64,000 nucleotides of DNA, taken from assembly GCF_044704955.1 (NCBI RefSeq), contig NC_091999.1, positions 23,746,001 through 23,810,000 of the forward strand, read 5' to 3'. Below are positions 10,481-23,482 of the stretch, piece by piece. Origin of the DNA: Pristiophorus japonicus. Its lineage: Eukaryota. A program made the translations under genes and the position numbers. Positions within the stretch are counted from its first letter, which is position 1. The number at the start of each line of letters is the position of its first letter. The notes beneath the pieces were generated by a model. That model did not search any database. It had not been told where the DNA came from and saw nothing but the letters and a program-made list of their open reading frames with translations.

Positions 10481-11569
10481 ACGTACGGGACCGTTGTCCC
10501 ACAGCAATGCTCCAATTCCCGTTGAATCATGCTGCAAGTCTCTTTACTGCAACTCATTAGAAGAAGCGTATTCGTGTCGACCAAAACACAGCGGGGTTAA
10601 TGGAAGGAGTAGATTGGAGAAGGTTCTTTCACAGAGCGAGCACAGACACGATTGGTCAGACGGCCTCCTTCAATGCTGTATTATTGTGTGATTCTATAAG
10701 TCAAGCACCATCCGGAATTTACATTTATCGTTGTTACTTTATTGTCCATGGGTTGAAATACTGGAACTTCCTACGTGACATCACATTCACCACATGGACT
10801 GCAGCGGTGGAAGGAGAAAGCCCACCAACACTTTTTCAAGGGCAGCCAGTAATGCACAATAAATTCCGGCCTTGCAATCTACGCCCATATCTTGAGAATA
10901 AATACAAACATCTAAGAGAAACAGCGGGTATAGAAGGACAATTACAAAGTAAAACATTTCTTGATTTCTGTCATTTTTCCTTTCCTTTACTATTATCTTA
11001 TTTTTTTCTCTTACGCTTCTTGTTCTTTCTCCATTTCAATCTTTCTCTCCTCTCTCACACTTTCGCTTGTTCACTCTATTTACTGATTCCAATTTCTTCT
11101 ATTGCAATGTTCATAACGTTGAATGGTTAAATTGCATCCCCGAATATTTTCTTATTTTGAACAAGTGGGGTGCAGTTGGGAGGGAGGCTTGAATTGCCAT
11201 TCAGAAATACTACCCAGAGAAATGCTCCTCCAAAATCTGTATATCTCCTCCTTCATTGTTACTGAGTGGTATTCTGAGTGAAGCGCCAAATTCACATGAG
11301 AGGGAGTAGAGTAAGTACATCGTGGCGATTCGTCAATCCTATTCAAACGCTGTTACCCAATTAAAGAATTTGGTGCCTTTTACCAGGAAAAGAATTGCAT
11401 GCAATGCTTCTTTACTTTCTGTTATACCTCCCTGCCAAACAGTTGCTCACTTTACTGAGAAGAGCAGCTTGCAATGGGAAATAGAATTTAAATTTTAAGG
11501 TGTTGTTGGTGACGTTGTAATAGCGCCCATATCGTACCATCATATCATTATATTGTGGCTGGTGCAGGA

Positions 11570-12880
11570 TCATAGAATCATAGAATGGGTTACAGCATAA
11601 ATGGACACATTTCGGCCTGTGGAGCCCCTGTCCGCACTCTGCAAGAGCACCTCAGCTATTCCCACACCCCACCTTTTCCTCATAGCCCTGCATTTTTCCC
11701 CTTTAGGTAGCTATCCAACATCCTTTTGAAAACTACGATTGAACTTGCCACCACCATCCTTTCAGGCAGTGCTTTGCAGATCATAACCACTCGCTGCATA
11801 AAAAAGTTATTCCTCAAGTCGCCTTTGGTTCTTTTGCCAGTCCACTTAAATCTGTGTCCTCTTGTTCTCGAACCTTCCGCCAATGGGAAGAGTTTCGCCC
11901 TGTCTTTTCTATCCCGAACCCTCATGATTTTGAACACCTCTATCAAATGTCCTCTCAAGGTTCACTGCACCAGAGAACAACTCCAGCTTCTCCAGTCTAT
12001 GCACGTAAATGAAATCCCTCATCCCTGTAACCATTGTTCTAATTTTTCTGCACTCTCTCGAAGGCCTTCACATCCTTCCTAAAGTGTGATGCACAGCATT
12101 GGATACAACATCCAGTTGAGCACGAACCAGTGTTTTATAGAGGATTATCTTAACTTCCATGCTTTGGTACGCTATGCCTCTATTTATGAAGCCCAGGATG
12201 GCGATTGTTGTTTTAACTGCTTTCTCAACCTGCCACTCTCAACGATTTGTGAACGTGTATCCCAGGTCTCTCTGTTCATGCACGCCCTTTAGGATTGTAC
12301 CCTTTAATTTATACTGCTTCTCCTCGTTCTTCCTACCAAAATGTTACACTTCACACTTTTCTGCATTGGATTTCATCTGCCACTGGTCCGTCCATTCCAA
12401 CAGACTGTGGTGCCCTTTTGAAGTCTATCACTGTCCGCGTCAATGTTCACCATACTTCTAAGTTTTGTGTCGTCTGTAAATTTTGCAATTGAGACAAGTA
12501 CACCCAAGTCCAATTCATTAATATATATCAAGAAAAGCAACGTTCCTGATAAAGACTCCTGGGTAACACTGATATCAGTCAGAAACACATTCCATTCATC
12601 ACTAATCCCTCTTTCCTGTCATTCAGCTAATTTGGTACCCATGCTGCAACTTTCCCTCTTACTCTATGGGCTTCTACTTTGCAGGCAAACGTATTAGCTG
12701 GCACTTCGACTTTTTGGAAGTTCATGTATACCACATCAACCGCATTGCCCTCAACTACTCTCTCTGTTACCAACGTAAAAAAACTCAATCAATTTATTTG
12801 AACACAATTTACCTTTAACAACTGCATACTGGCGTCCTTTAATTAATCCATACTTGTCCAAGTGACTGTAAATTTTGTCT
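11570..12880 (-). mobile_element. CR1 LINE RT/3' fragment
   Basis: ORFs 11680..11958 (RGHLIEVFKIM) and 12373..12588 (LFLIYINEL...KFTDDTKL); (atagaatc) tail at 11570. Confidence 0.88.
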
Positions 12881-13487
12881 CTATTTTTCGCAGGATCACA
12901 GAGACTGCTGCCATGATCCACTACTCGCAATAGTCCTGAGAGTTATGGATCAAGGATATTCAGAGCGGTCTCTACAGGATAACAACTGGTTGTCACATAG
13001 TCGCATAATCCTGACTTTAAGAAGGAAAGAAAGAAAGTACTGGATTTATATAGCACCTTTTACAACGAGTGGATGTCTCAAAGCGCTTTACAGCCAGTGA
13101 AATACTTTTTGAAAGTGTAGTCACTGTTGTAATGCAGTGAGCCGATGGTGATTCATGAGAGCACGATAGAATGGAAAAGTATCTGTTAGCATTGGTTTGA
13201 TAATACTACTCTGAGGAAACAAACCGCCGGCAGTACTGAAATAAGGCCCTCTGATTAAAATATAATCTTAATTACACGCAAATCAGTTGTACGATTTGTC
13301 ACACATGGATGTCAAGATGTACGATATCGCGCATGTGGATGTCGAGATATTCAATTTCTCAGACTTGGATGTCGAGATGGGCCATGTTATTGGGGCTGAT
13401 GGAGCTGGACAAAGCTGGTTCAGAACTGACAGGACAGGATGGCCCACTGGGTGTGATGTAATGCAGAATTAACACGAAAATACATTT

Positions 13488-14398
13488 TTATAATTTGATT
13501 AATTTTATAATGAGATTCATTGGATATTTCAGTGCATCCATTAACTCCTCTCTGAATTTACTCTGGATCACTGAATAAATACACGTGTTTGTGCAGGAAC
13601 TCAAAAGCTGAAGACTATTTCCGGTTTCTTGGAGAATACATTTTGGGTCTTTGAAATTGGAATCTGAGAAATAATTATTCTTTGTAATTCGGACATACAA
13701 GAAATTTACAACGTACAATGTCCATAATAGGATGAAACTGCCCGAGATGGTAAAGTGTAAAACGATTAATTTTCTCCGGCTATCCAACTCTGGGTTGCTT
13801 TGATTCTCTCCATTGCTGTGGGCCCGGAGCCTTCTGCGGGCTCTGCTCGTCGCTAGAATATGTCTGACGGTCAGAGCATTGAGCAGCAATATCAGGAGAA
13901 AGGGGAGTCATGGCGTTAAAATTCTGTCAAGCCAGTCATATACTATCCATAGAGGAGAACGATAAAATATTACTTTAATGTTACATAACCATGGGACATT
14001 GTCAGTTATGAACATAGGTTCATAAGTGAGATAAGAAGTGATGTTTTTTTAAACAGCCAGGGCACCGACCATGACTATAATCAGAGCCGCACTTTTCTCA
14101 GTGCAATATTTTGTTTTCAGTTTCTGGCATCATATCGCCACAAATCGATCGAAGGTGAAAGCGACTGTTAACCAGATGGAGCTATCCGTGGCTACATAAA
14201 TTAGGATAGATGTTATAGTACAGCCTGGAGTAGTGGACAGCAGACTAAATTGAAACTAAATTCCATTGATCCGTTTTAATATCACAGCGGTGATAATGAC
14301 CAGGAGATCTGCCACTGCCATGGACAGCAGGTACCAAGTGATACATCTGGAAAGACCGCACTTTCCTCGGGACAGGATCACAATTATCACCAAGTTAG
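13488..14398 (-). pseudogene. GPR139/GPR142-like class A GPCR, exon 2, pseudogene
   Basis: tcctgcag|ANLVIIVILSRGKCGLSRCITWYLLSMAVADLLVII...SIWLTVAFTFDRFVAI*CQKLKTKYCTEK...TP*LPFLLILLLNALTVRHIL...LQLLSSCTNTCIYSVIQSKFREEL; at least 4 in-frame stops. Confidence 0.88.
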
Positions 14399-14784
14399 CT
14401 GCAGGAAATAGACAGAAACGAAAACAGTAACATTAAGTATCACTCCTCCTTGATGTTTATTTATTTTGATCATATTTCAGCCTCGCGATGGGAATGATTC
14501 AGTGACCTGTCGGCAGAGATTGATCTGTTAAGATTTGAATAATGTTTGAGGAAGGGAAGCAGGAACAGCGAAAGTGAAGGAGCGTGGGCGGACTAAAGCA
14601 ATGAATGAGGAGCAGGACAGTGAGAACAGGCCAAGGAGTTTTAGCTGCAACTTCGTGACTACAACCGTTTATCGTTCACTGATTGCCATCCATTTAATGA
14701 CTCAGAATATCCCTTCAATAATTGCATGGCTAAAATCACACGTCAATCATGCAATCATTCAATCAGTTCAGAAATTCGATCATA

Positions 14785-15660
14785 TAGACTCATAGATTCA
14801 TAGAAGCTTACAGCACGGAAGGAGGCCATTTAAGGCCCTCGACCAACAAGAAGCTTTTCAGCTTAATCACACGTTCCAGCTCTAGGTCTGTAATCCTGCA
14901 GTTTACGGCACCTATGGTGCATATCCAAGTACTTTTTAAATGTGGTGAGGGGTTCTGCCTCTACCATCCTTTCAGGCAGTGAGTTCCAGAACACTCTGCA
15001 TGAAGAAATTCCCCTCAAATCCCCTTTAAAACTTTTAATTATTTTAAATTGATGTATCCTGGTTGTTGATCCCTCTGCTAATGGCAATAGACCCTTTCTA
15101 TCCACTATATCTAGGCCCGTCATAACTTTATACACATCAATGAAGTTTCCCCTCTGTTCCAAGAAAAACAAATCCAGCCTATCCAATCTGTCCTCGTGGC
15201 TAATATTCCCCACTACCGGCAACATGCTCGTAAATCTCCAGTTCAATCATCTCCTTCCTGCAATGCGGTGACCAGAACTGCACACAATACTTCAGCTGTG
15301 GCCTAACCAGTGTTTTATACAGTTGACGCATAAGCTCCCCCTGCTCTTGAATTTTATGCCGCGGCTAATAAATGCAAGCTTTAATTATGCCTTATTAATC
15401 ACCTTATCTACCTGTCCTGCTAACTTCAGGGATCTGTGGACATGCACTCCAACGTCTCTTTGTCCCTCGACACTTCTCAGTGTACCATTTAATGTGTATT
15501 CCCTTTCCTTGTCAACCTTCCCCAAATGCATTACCTCACAAACCTCTGGATTAAATTCAATTTGCCACTGTTCTGCCCACCTTACCCGTTGATAGACATT
15601 TTCCTGCTGTCTGCACCTTTATTCTTCATTATCAACCACACAGTTGATTTTAGTATCGTT
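14785..15660 (-). mobile_element. CR1 LINE 3' fragment in the GPCR intron
   Basis: ORF 14863..15246 (RLDRLDLFFLEQR...VYKVMTGLD) and CR1 tail. Confidence 0.85.
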
Positions 15661-16298
15661 TCAACGCAATAGTCAGAAATAGATGCATTTTAATAATCCT
15701 TTACACGCATCATTTCTGGACATTTGTCCGTCGACAGCATTTGTGAACCTGTGTTTGATCACCAGAATTAACTGTACTGATAAAAAGTGGCGGGAAATAC
15801 ATATCAAGACAGACATTATTGACCGATCATTGTCGCATCGGTTCACTTCAGATTTTTTCATCAGTCACACGATTCTTACTTTTTAAAAATAACGACTTTT
15901 AAACTTGAACAGAGATTATTAGCTGAAGGCAGTGCGAATATAGATCTGGGACAGGAAGTCACGCTGATGCAGAATAATGTTGTAATAAATTTTGCTTTGG
16001 ACACCCGGGGAACTTTACAATTCCAATAAAATGTCACACTGAACAGGGATACAGAAGACACATACTCTGACTCAGGGAGATTTCAAATGAGACCAGAAAA
16101 CCTGGAAGGTCAAGCAACATCTGTGGAGGGAGAAAATGAGTTAATGTATCAGATCAGTGATCTTTCATCAGAACACAATGAACAAAGCGGCTGTGAAGCA
16201 AAATCTCGAAACACAAAGTGTCAAATCGGGTAAAGATGCAGATCATCAGCAGAAACCGTGATATCCTTAACAACCAATGACTTGCTGTAATACCTTAC

Positions 16299-16368
16299 CT
16301 GGAACACCGACAGCAGCGAGAAGCGGATAGTAAATGGCAAGTATTGGACTGTTTCCAGGGGCGTGCAT
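16299..16368 (-). pseudogene. GPR139/GPR142-like GPCR, exon 1
   Basis: ATG...MHAPGNSPILAIYYPLLAAVGVP-G|GTAAG; 70 nt, phase 1, splices in frame to exon 2 (GVPAN). Confidence 0.88.
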
Positions 16369-16719
16369 TCTCTGTGAGAAACGAATTGCTGGAGACAGTA
16401 GCTCCAATATGAGTTGTGGCTCATTCTAATGATCCCTTAGTTATACAGAATGTTAATCCCTAGTGAGCCAATCAGATTATGCAATTTTATTGTGAGCTAC
16501 GGTCATTGAAACAAACAAATTAAGGCAGCCATTTTCGAGTTCACGTTTTCTACATTACAATAACTTCCAATGAATATTGCACCATGTGGCAGGGGAAAAA
16601 AGACTTCCGTATCTTTCTAAGGAAAATATAATGTAAATCTCCATCTGGACATTCGAAGATGGCATAAAACCATACACAGCATAGACGTCCGAGTTCAATT
16701 CCTGGTGTTTTCTTTTGAA

Positions 16720-17025
16720 CTATGGGGCACAGTCTCAGGATAAGGGGAAGCCCATTTAGGATCGAGATGAGGAGGAATTTCTTCACTCAGAGGGTTGTGA
16801 ATCTTTTGAATTCTCGGCCTCATCGGGCTGTGGATCCCGAATCTCTGAATATATTCAAGACGGAGGTAGATAGATTTTTGGAGTCTATGGGGAATCTGGG
16901 GATATGAAGATTGTGCAGGAAAGTGGAGTTGAGTTCGATGATCAATCATGAATTTATTGAATGGCAGAGCAGGCTCGAGAGGCATAGGGCCTACTCCTGC
17001 TCCTATTTCTAATGGTTTGTTATGT
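16720..17025 (+). mobile_element. CR1 LINE 3' end
   Basis: GHSLRIRG.PFRIEMRRNFFTQRVVNL plus 3'UTR. Confidence 0.85.
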
Positions 17026-17399
17026 TCCTTAATCAGACCCAAATTATCGCAATGGGAGAAAGCAGTTGTGCGATCTAATGATAACTTTTGTCTCCCATCC
17101 TGCAATAAAGCAGTCATAGTGTAGTAGGTGGTGCTATCTTTGGACAGAGCACCCCTTGTTCTGCAGCAAACCGTCATATGGCAGAAGGGGTGCTAAAATT
17201 ATAAAGCACATCCCTCATCATCCGATAAATCAATAATCGGGATGGTACAACTAGACAGACAAATAAAATGTAAACAGATACGTGTTTTATCAATTAAAAC
17301 ATGCAATACTCAAATAAACAGGGTTGAATACAGGAAACAGCTAAAGAAAATGATGGCTGCTATCACATCATCAAACACTAATGGACTAATGGTTTGTAG

Positions 17400-19340
17400 A
17401 CAACTGTGGCAGTAATGGGATCAGCATTTTTCTTTACGTGGTGAATCAGAGACTTATCAAAGATTGTATTGGGCCACTGAATGGTGTTCAAGGACAGGTT
17501 TCAAAGGAATAACTAAGAATGGTGGAAATATTACATTTGTACTTTGCATCAGTCTTCACCCTTGAAAATGATTCTCGAATATTAGAATTTAATTCTACTA
17601 GTTTTGTTAGCAGCATTACCAAAGATAAAAACGTCAGGGTAAAAATAATTAAGAACTTGAAAATAGATAGAGCAGCCGCGCTGGATGATATCCACCTGAT
17701 GGTCCTCTGGGAGATAGGACATGAGCTGTGAGAGCTGCTGGCCTGTATTTATAATAGCTCACTGCTCTCTTGAATGGTTCCTACATGGATGGAGACTAAT
17801 GCAGACCCCATTTTTGAAATAGGTGACAAGACAGACTCGGGCAACTATAGGCCCATCAGTTTAACATCAGTAATATGTAAGATGCTTGAAGCAAACATAA
17901 GGGATTTAAGAATACTTGGATAGGGAGGGATATTTTAGGCATACAAATATGACTTCATAAAAAAGAGGTATTATCTCACAAATCTAATTGTATTTTTTGA
18001 AACAGTTACGAAGTTTGTGGATCAGGGAAGCCCAGTAGACATTGTCCACTCAGATTTCCCAAAACATTTTGAAAAATACCGCACAAAAGGCTTTTGTATA
18101 AGATCGGAGCCTCTGGTATACGTTGAAATATATTGAGTTGGATTCAGAACTGGCTGGCAGGAAACAGTCAAAAAGTAATAATTGATGGATTTGAATCTGA
18201 TTGTAGACTAGTCACCCGTGGTGTCCCGCAGGGGTCAGTGTTGGGTATATTGTGTTTTACTATTTTTAGTAATGATCTAGATTTTGGGATTGCGCGCAAA
18301 ACTTTTAAATTTGCAGATGATACCAAGATCTGAGTGAGATTTTGAATTATAGCAGATGCTCGACTGCTTCAGGCAGATCTTAATGTGCTGGTAGATTATG
18401 CTCAAGGCTGGAAAATGATGTACAACTTAGATAAGTGCATATTTATGCATGTAGTTAGGGCAAATGTTCACATTCTTACACCCTCCAGGGAAAGTTATTA
18501 AAGTTGGCGCAGATAGAAATGGAATTGCGCATTCTAGTACATACATCCTTAAAGTTACATGAGCAATGCCGTGCAGTGATAGTTACAGCAAATAAGGCAT
18601 CGGGGTGTATCCAAATGACTTTTGATTATAATAGGACGTATACTGTTATGTCCTTGAACAAGGCCTTAATCAGACCGAGCTTTGAATACTGTGTCCAGTT
18701 TTGTCCTCCTCACATGATAGGTGATATTGACACTCTGAAAAGGAGAACAAGAGGGTCACGAGGCTATTTCCAAGTATAAAGCATTTTAATTACCAATATA
18801 GGTTGAATGAGTTGGTACTCAATTCCTTAGATCAGCGTAGACTTAGGGGGGATGTGATTGAGGTTTATATAATAATGAAGGAAATAGAAGGTTTTCCAAC
18901 CGATAGTTAATTTCAATTAAATAGGTTAGGTTGGACCAGGTATCACACATTTAAGTTGTATAGGACTAGATCTAGGTTAGATGTCAGGAGGTGGATCTTT
19001 TCCCAGAAGATAGTAGACCACTGTACAATCTGTCGTTTCATGTAATGAATGCAGACTCACTGAATTCCTCAAGTGAAAGCAGGATTTGTTTCTGGCTGCG
19101 GTAGAGATCACATGTTATAGAAGGGAGGTACTGCAGGGAATTCAAGGCCAGAGTAATCACCTGGACTAGTTTCGATCATCTAGATGGATCAGAGAAGAAT
19201 TTGCCAAATTTCTTCCCCCAAATTGGCCTGGGTTTTTAATCAGACTTTTGCTACTTCCAGGAGATCACATGGTTTCGGGCGGCGTGGGACAGGCTCAATG
19301 GACCAGATGGTCTTAACCTTTCCATCATTGCATGTATGCT
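17400..19340 (+). mobile_element. Old, divergent CR1-clade LINE (RT domain)
   Basis: [25 protein letters not shown] and RPSFEYCVQF motifs with many stops; a different subfamily from the young copies. Confidence 0.85.
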
Positions 19341-19565
19341 CGTATCTTTGTTTGCAGAGTGTCCGTTCTCTTGCAGTAAATCTGTCATATGGCAGTGGGC
19401 GTTGCTAAATGTATACAGAGCGTCGTTTGTCTTGCGGCAAATCAGTCAGAGGGAGGCAGGGGGCGCAACAATTATTAAAGAACATACTATTCCATGCGTT
19501 AAAAAATTAAGAAAGCAGTCGGGGGCGCTACAATTATAAACGAATAAAGATATTGAAAAAGAGAT

Positions 19566-19742
19566 NNNNNNNNNNNNNNNNNNNNNNNNNNNNNNNNNNN
19601 NNNNNNNNNNNNNNNNNNNNNNNNNNNNNNNNNNNNNNNNNNNNNNNNNNNNNNNNNNNNNNNNNNNNNNNNNNNNNNNNNNNNNNNNNNNNNNNNNNNN
19701 NNNNNNNNNNNNNNNNNNNNNNNNNNNNNNNNNNNNNNNNNN
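19566..19742. other. N run, first of seven (others at 20883-21184, 40538-40666, 45038-45338, 46111-46531, 49723-50032, 55407-55697)
   Basis: Variable lengths, and most are flanked by GATA/TCTA simple repeats, suggesting masked low-complexity sequence or gaps at such repeats. Confidence 0.8.
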
Positions 19743-20469
19743 GTGAAAGGGATAATCTGCCAGCTGGGCAGATAGAAAGATAGACAGACAGCCAAATAGA
19801 TTGATAGTTACATCGATCGACGGATACATACATAGATAGATAGACAGACATACCGACAGACAGACTGATAGACAGACTGACAGACTGACTAACAGATAGA
19901 TAGTTAGACAGATAGACAAAGAGGGCTAGAAGAATCTATAGATATATAGACAGACTGAAAGATAGATATTGATAGGGCACACAGATAGCTCGGTAGATAG
20001 GTAAATATCATGTTGAAAGCAACATATTAATGAAAGGAATGTCCTTGAAGAGAAAATGAGCGCTGTTTGCAGTTCGAGTTGTGTGTGTGGAAAAGTTACA
20101 ATTTCAAAATCAAGTTATGGAAATCTCATTTTGTACTGACATGTAATGCACTGCATGGTGGGACTGGTGACCAGAGTCTGCAATAACATAATGCAGGAGA
20201 GGGGCGAGGGTCAGGATATGGAAACAGCAGGGTGTATTGACACTTGATAAATGTACATTTGGCACACTGTAATAAAAGAATGCAAACAACTTGCTGATCC
20301 AGTCTGAATCAGACCGACCTTCATCTCCTTTCCTTGTTGCTGGATGTGATGCTATGTCTCAGGATCAAGTGGACACTATCTCAACAGTCCTTAAAACCGT
20401 GGATGTACATTACGAGTCACATCAGAAAGTATATTCAAATGAAAATCAGTGAGGCACAATGCAGGGATA

Positions 20470-20882
20470 CATAATAACATAAAAAATCGGAGCAGCAAGA
20501 GGCCATTTGGCCCTGCGAGCCTCTCCGCCCTTCAGTAAGGTAATGGCTGATCTTGTATCTCAACTGCACTTTCCAGCACTATCAAGAATCCCTTGATTCA
20601 CTTATTATCCGACTATCTATCGACATGTGCGTTGAATATACTGAACGAGTATGCCTCCACTGCCCTCTTGAGCAGAGAATTCCAAAGAATCACCCCCCTC
20701 TGTGAAGACATTTCTTTTCATCTAAGTCCTGGTTTATCCTGAGATAGTGAAAGCCTACTTCTAGACTCACCTGCCAGATCTTCCCTGCGTCTACCCTGTA
20801 AAGCGCTGGATGAATGTTGTAGTTTTTATATGACATTTTATTCTTCGTAACTCTAGAGGATGTAGGAGTAGTCTCCTCAATC
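20470..20882 (-). mobile_element. CR1 LINE 3' fragment
   Basis: Reverse-complement CR1 3'UTR (ggccatttggccctgcgagcct...) and ORF2 end. Confidence 0.7.
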
Positions 20883-21184
20883 NNNNNNNNNNNNNNNNNN
20901 NNNNNNNNNNNNNNNNNNNNNNNNNNNNNNNNNNNNNNNNNNNNNNNNNNNNNNNNNNNNNNNNNNNNNNNNNNNNNNNNNNNNNNNNNNNNNNNNNNNN
21001 NNNNNNNNNNNNNNNNNNNNNNNNNNNNNNNNNNNNNNNNNNNNNNNNNNNNNNNNNNNNNNNNNNNNNNNNNNNNNNNNNNNNNNNNNNNNNNNNNNNN
21101 NNNNNNNNNNNNNNNNNNNNNNNNNNNNNNNNNNNNNNNNNNNNNNNNNNNNNNNNNNNNNNNNNNNNNNNNNNNNNNNNNNNN

Positions 21185-21900
21185 AGCAGGGACTAAGAGG
21201 CACCCGTCACCGTGCAGATATTACCATGAGGTTTTCAGACTGAGACACCAGTCGATGTACTGATATGTCCCTGAGGAAGGAAGTCATATGGATACCAATC
21301 AATGTCGAGATCTCCCCCTGAAGGAGAGGGAGTGAGAGAAATCAGTCAATGTACAGATATCTCCCTGTGGAGTGGAACTGAGGGACATCAGTCAATATTC
21401 TGATATCTCCATGAAGGAGAGGGACAGAGATAAACCGTCCATTGTACAGATAGCTCCTCAGGACATCAGACAGAGAGACACCCGTCAGTGTCCAGATATC
21501 TCTTGAGTATGCAGGTATAGCCATGAGGGATAGAGGAATGAGGACAACAGTCGATATATTGATACCTCCATGCTTGACAGGGATGGAGAGACAGGAGCCA
21601 GTGCATAGCTATCTCTCTCAGAGAGAGGAGACTGAGACGCCAGGCACTGCACAGATATCTCTTGTGCGAGCAGGGACTGAGGGACACCAGCCAGTCTATA
21701 GAAATCTCCCTGAGTTGGGAAGGGACTGAGAGATACCAGCAGTGTACAAACATTTCTTGAGTGAAAGAGACTGGGAGACACCAGTCAATGTAAATATGTT
21801 TTCCTGCGAGAGAGGTGGGGGTCATCGAGACATCTGTAAATATACAGTTAACATCGGGAGGGAGAGGGACTTAGATATTAGTCAGTGCACAGATATCTCG
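21185..21900. repeat. Approximately 45-bp minisatellite
   Basis: Unit like gggactgagagacaccagtcaatgtacagatatctccctgtgagggaga repeated more than 10 times. Confidence 0.85.
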
Positions 21901-22059
21901 CTTTCTCACGTATAGGAGGACATTATTTTCAGTATTTCAATAACTTTAATCATATCCGTCCATTTACAGGATGCAATTTCCTCCTTGATGTGTGAAATTA
22001 TGCATGCTGGAACCTCAGGGATCTCTTGTATCTACTGGTTTCCAAAGATTTCAGAGAGG

Positions 22060-23310
22060 AACATCATAGAATCACAAAAGTTTACAGCACGGAAGGAGGC
22101 CATTTCCTCCCATCGTGACTATGCCGGTCAATCAGAGGCAAACCAGCCAAATCCCACTTCCCATCCTTGGTCCGTAACCCTGCAGGTTACGATACTTCAA
22201 CTGCACATTCAAGTACTTTGTAAATGTGGTGAGGGTTACGCCCTATACCACACTTTCAGCCAGTGAGTTCCAGACCTCCGAAACGCTCTGCATTAAGAAA
22301 TTCCCCTCAACTGCCCTCTAAACTTTCTACCAATTACTTTAAATTTATGCCCGCTGTAAGTCGACCCCTCTGCTATGGGAAATAGACCCTTTCTATCGAT
22401 TCTATCTTGGCCCCTCATAATTGAATACACCTCAATCAGTTCTCCGCTCAGCCTCGTCTGTTCCTAGGAAAACAAATTTAGCCAATCCAATCTGTACTCA
22501 CAGCTAATATTCTCCACTGCTACCAATATCCTCCTAAATCGCCTTTATACCCTCTCGAGTGCAATCACGTCCTTCCTGCAATGTGGTAACCAGAACTGCA
22601 CTCACTACTACAGCTGTGGCCTAACCAGTATTTTATACAGTTCAAACATAAACCACCTTTCTTGTATGCTTTGCTTTGCCAAATAAAGGCAAGCATTCCG
22701 TAAGCCTTCTTAACCAGCTTATCTACCTGGTCTATTACCTTGGGGGATCTGTGGACATGCAATTTGGACATCCAAAGTCTCTTTGTTCGTCTACACTTCT
22801 CAGTTTCCAACCATTTAAAGTGTATTTCCGTTCCTTGATAGCCATCCTCAAATGCATTACCTCACAGTTCTCTGGATTCAATACAAATTTGCACTATTCT
22901 GCCCCCCTGACCAGTTGATTGATATCTTCCTGCATTACGCAACTTCCCTCTTCATTACCAACCATATAGCCAGTTTTAGTATCATCTGCAAACTTCTCAA
23001 TCATACCCCCATATTCAAGTCTAGATCATTGATGTATATCACAAAACGATGAGATCTAGTACTGAGCCCTGTGGAACCCCACTGGAAAGATCCTTCCAGC
23101 CACAAAAACACCCATCAACCGTTACCCATTGCTTCCTGCCTCTGAGCCAATTTTTGGTCCAACTTGCCACTTTGCCCTGTATCGCAAGAGTTTTTACTTT
23201 TGTGATCAGTTTGCCATGTGAGACCTTATCAAAAGCCTAGCGAAAATCCATATTCACTACTTCATATGTTTGGCTCTCATCGACCCACCTGGTTAATTTC
23301 TCAAAAAGGA
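22060..23310 (-). mobile_element. CR1 LINE RT/3' fragment
   Basis: VKKAYGMLAFI; reverse-complement GVPQGSVL and KFADD motifs. Confidence 0.85.
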
Positions 23311-23482
23311 GGTAACTTCAACCAGTCAAACCCAGTGAGATCGTATTAACATGGTGGAGAAGCAACTGATAACTTCAACAACAAATAACCTTACATTGCA
23401 GTATCAACTGTTTTTGGAGAATATATCTTTAATTTACCCCATATTTTGATCGGTTACTCTTTATTATTTGCCACAACATCAA

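Noticed and set aside
10670-10700. 'LYYCVI' resembling a V-segment end
   Set aside because: It is a degenerate CR1 3' tail (ggcctcctt...gctgta...gattcta) with no RSS
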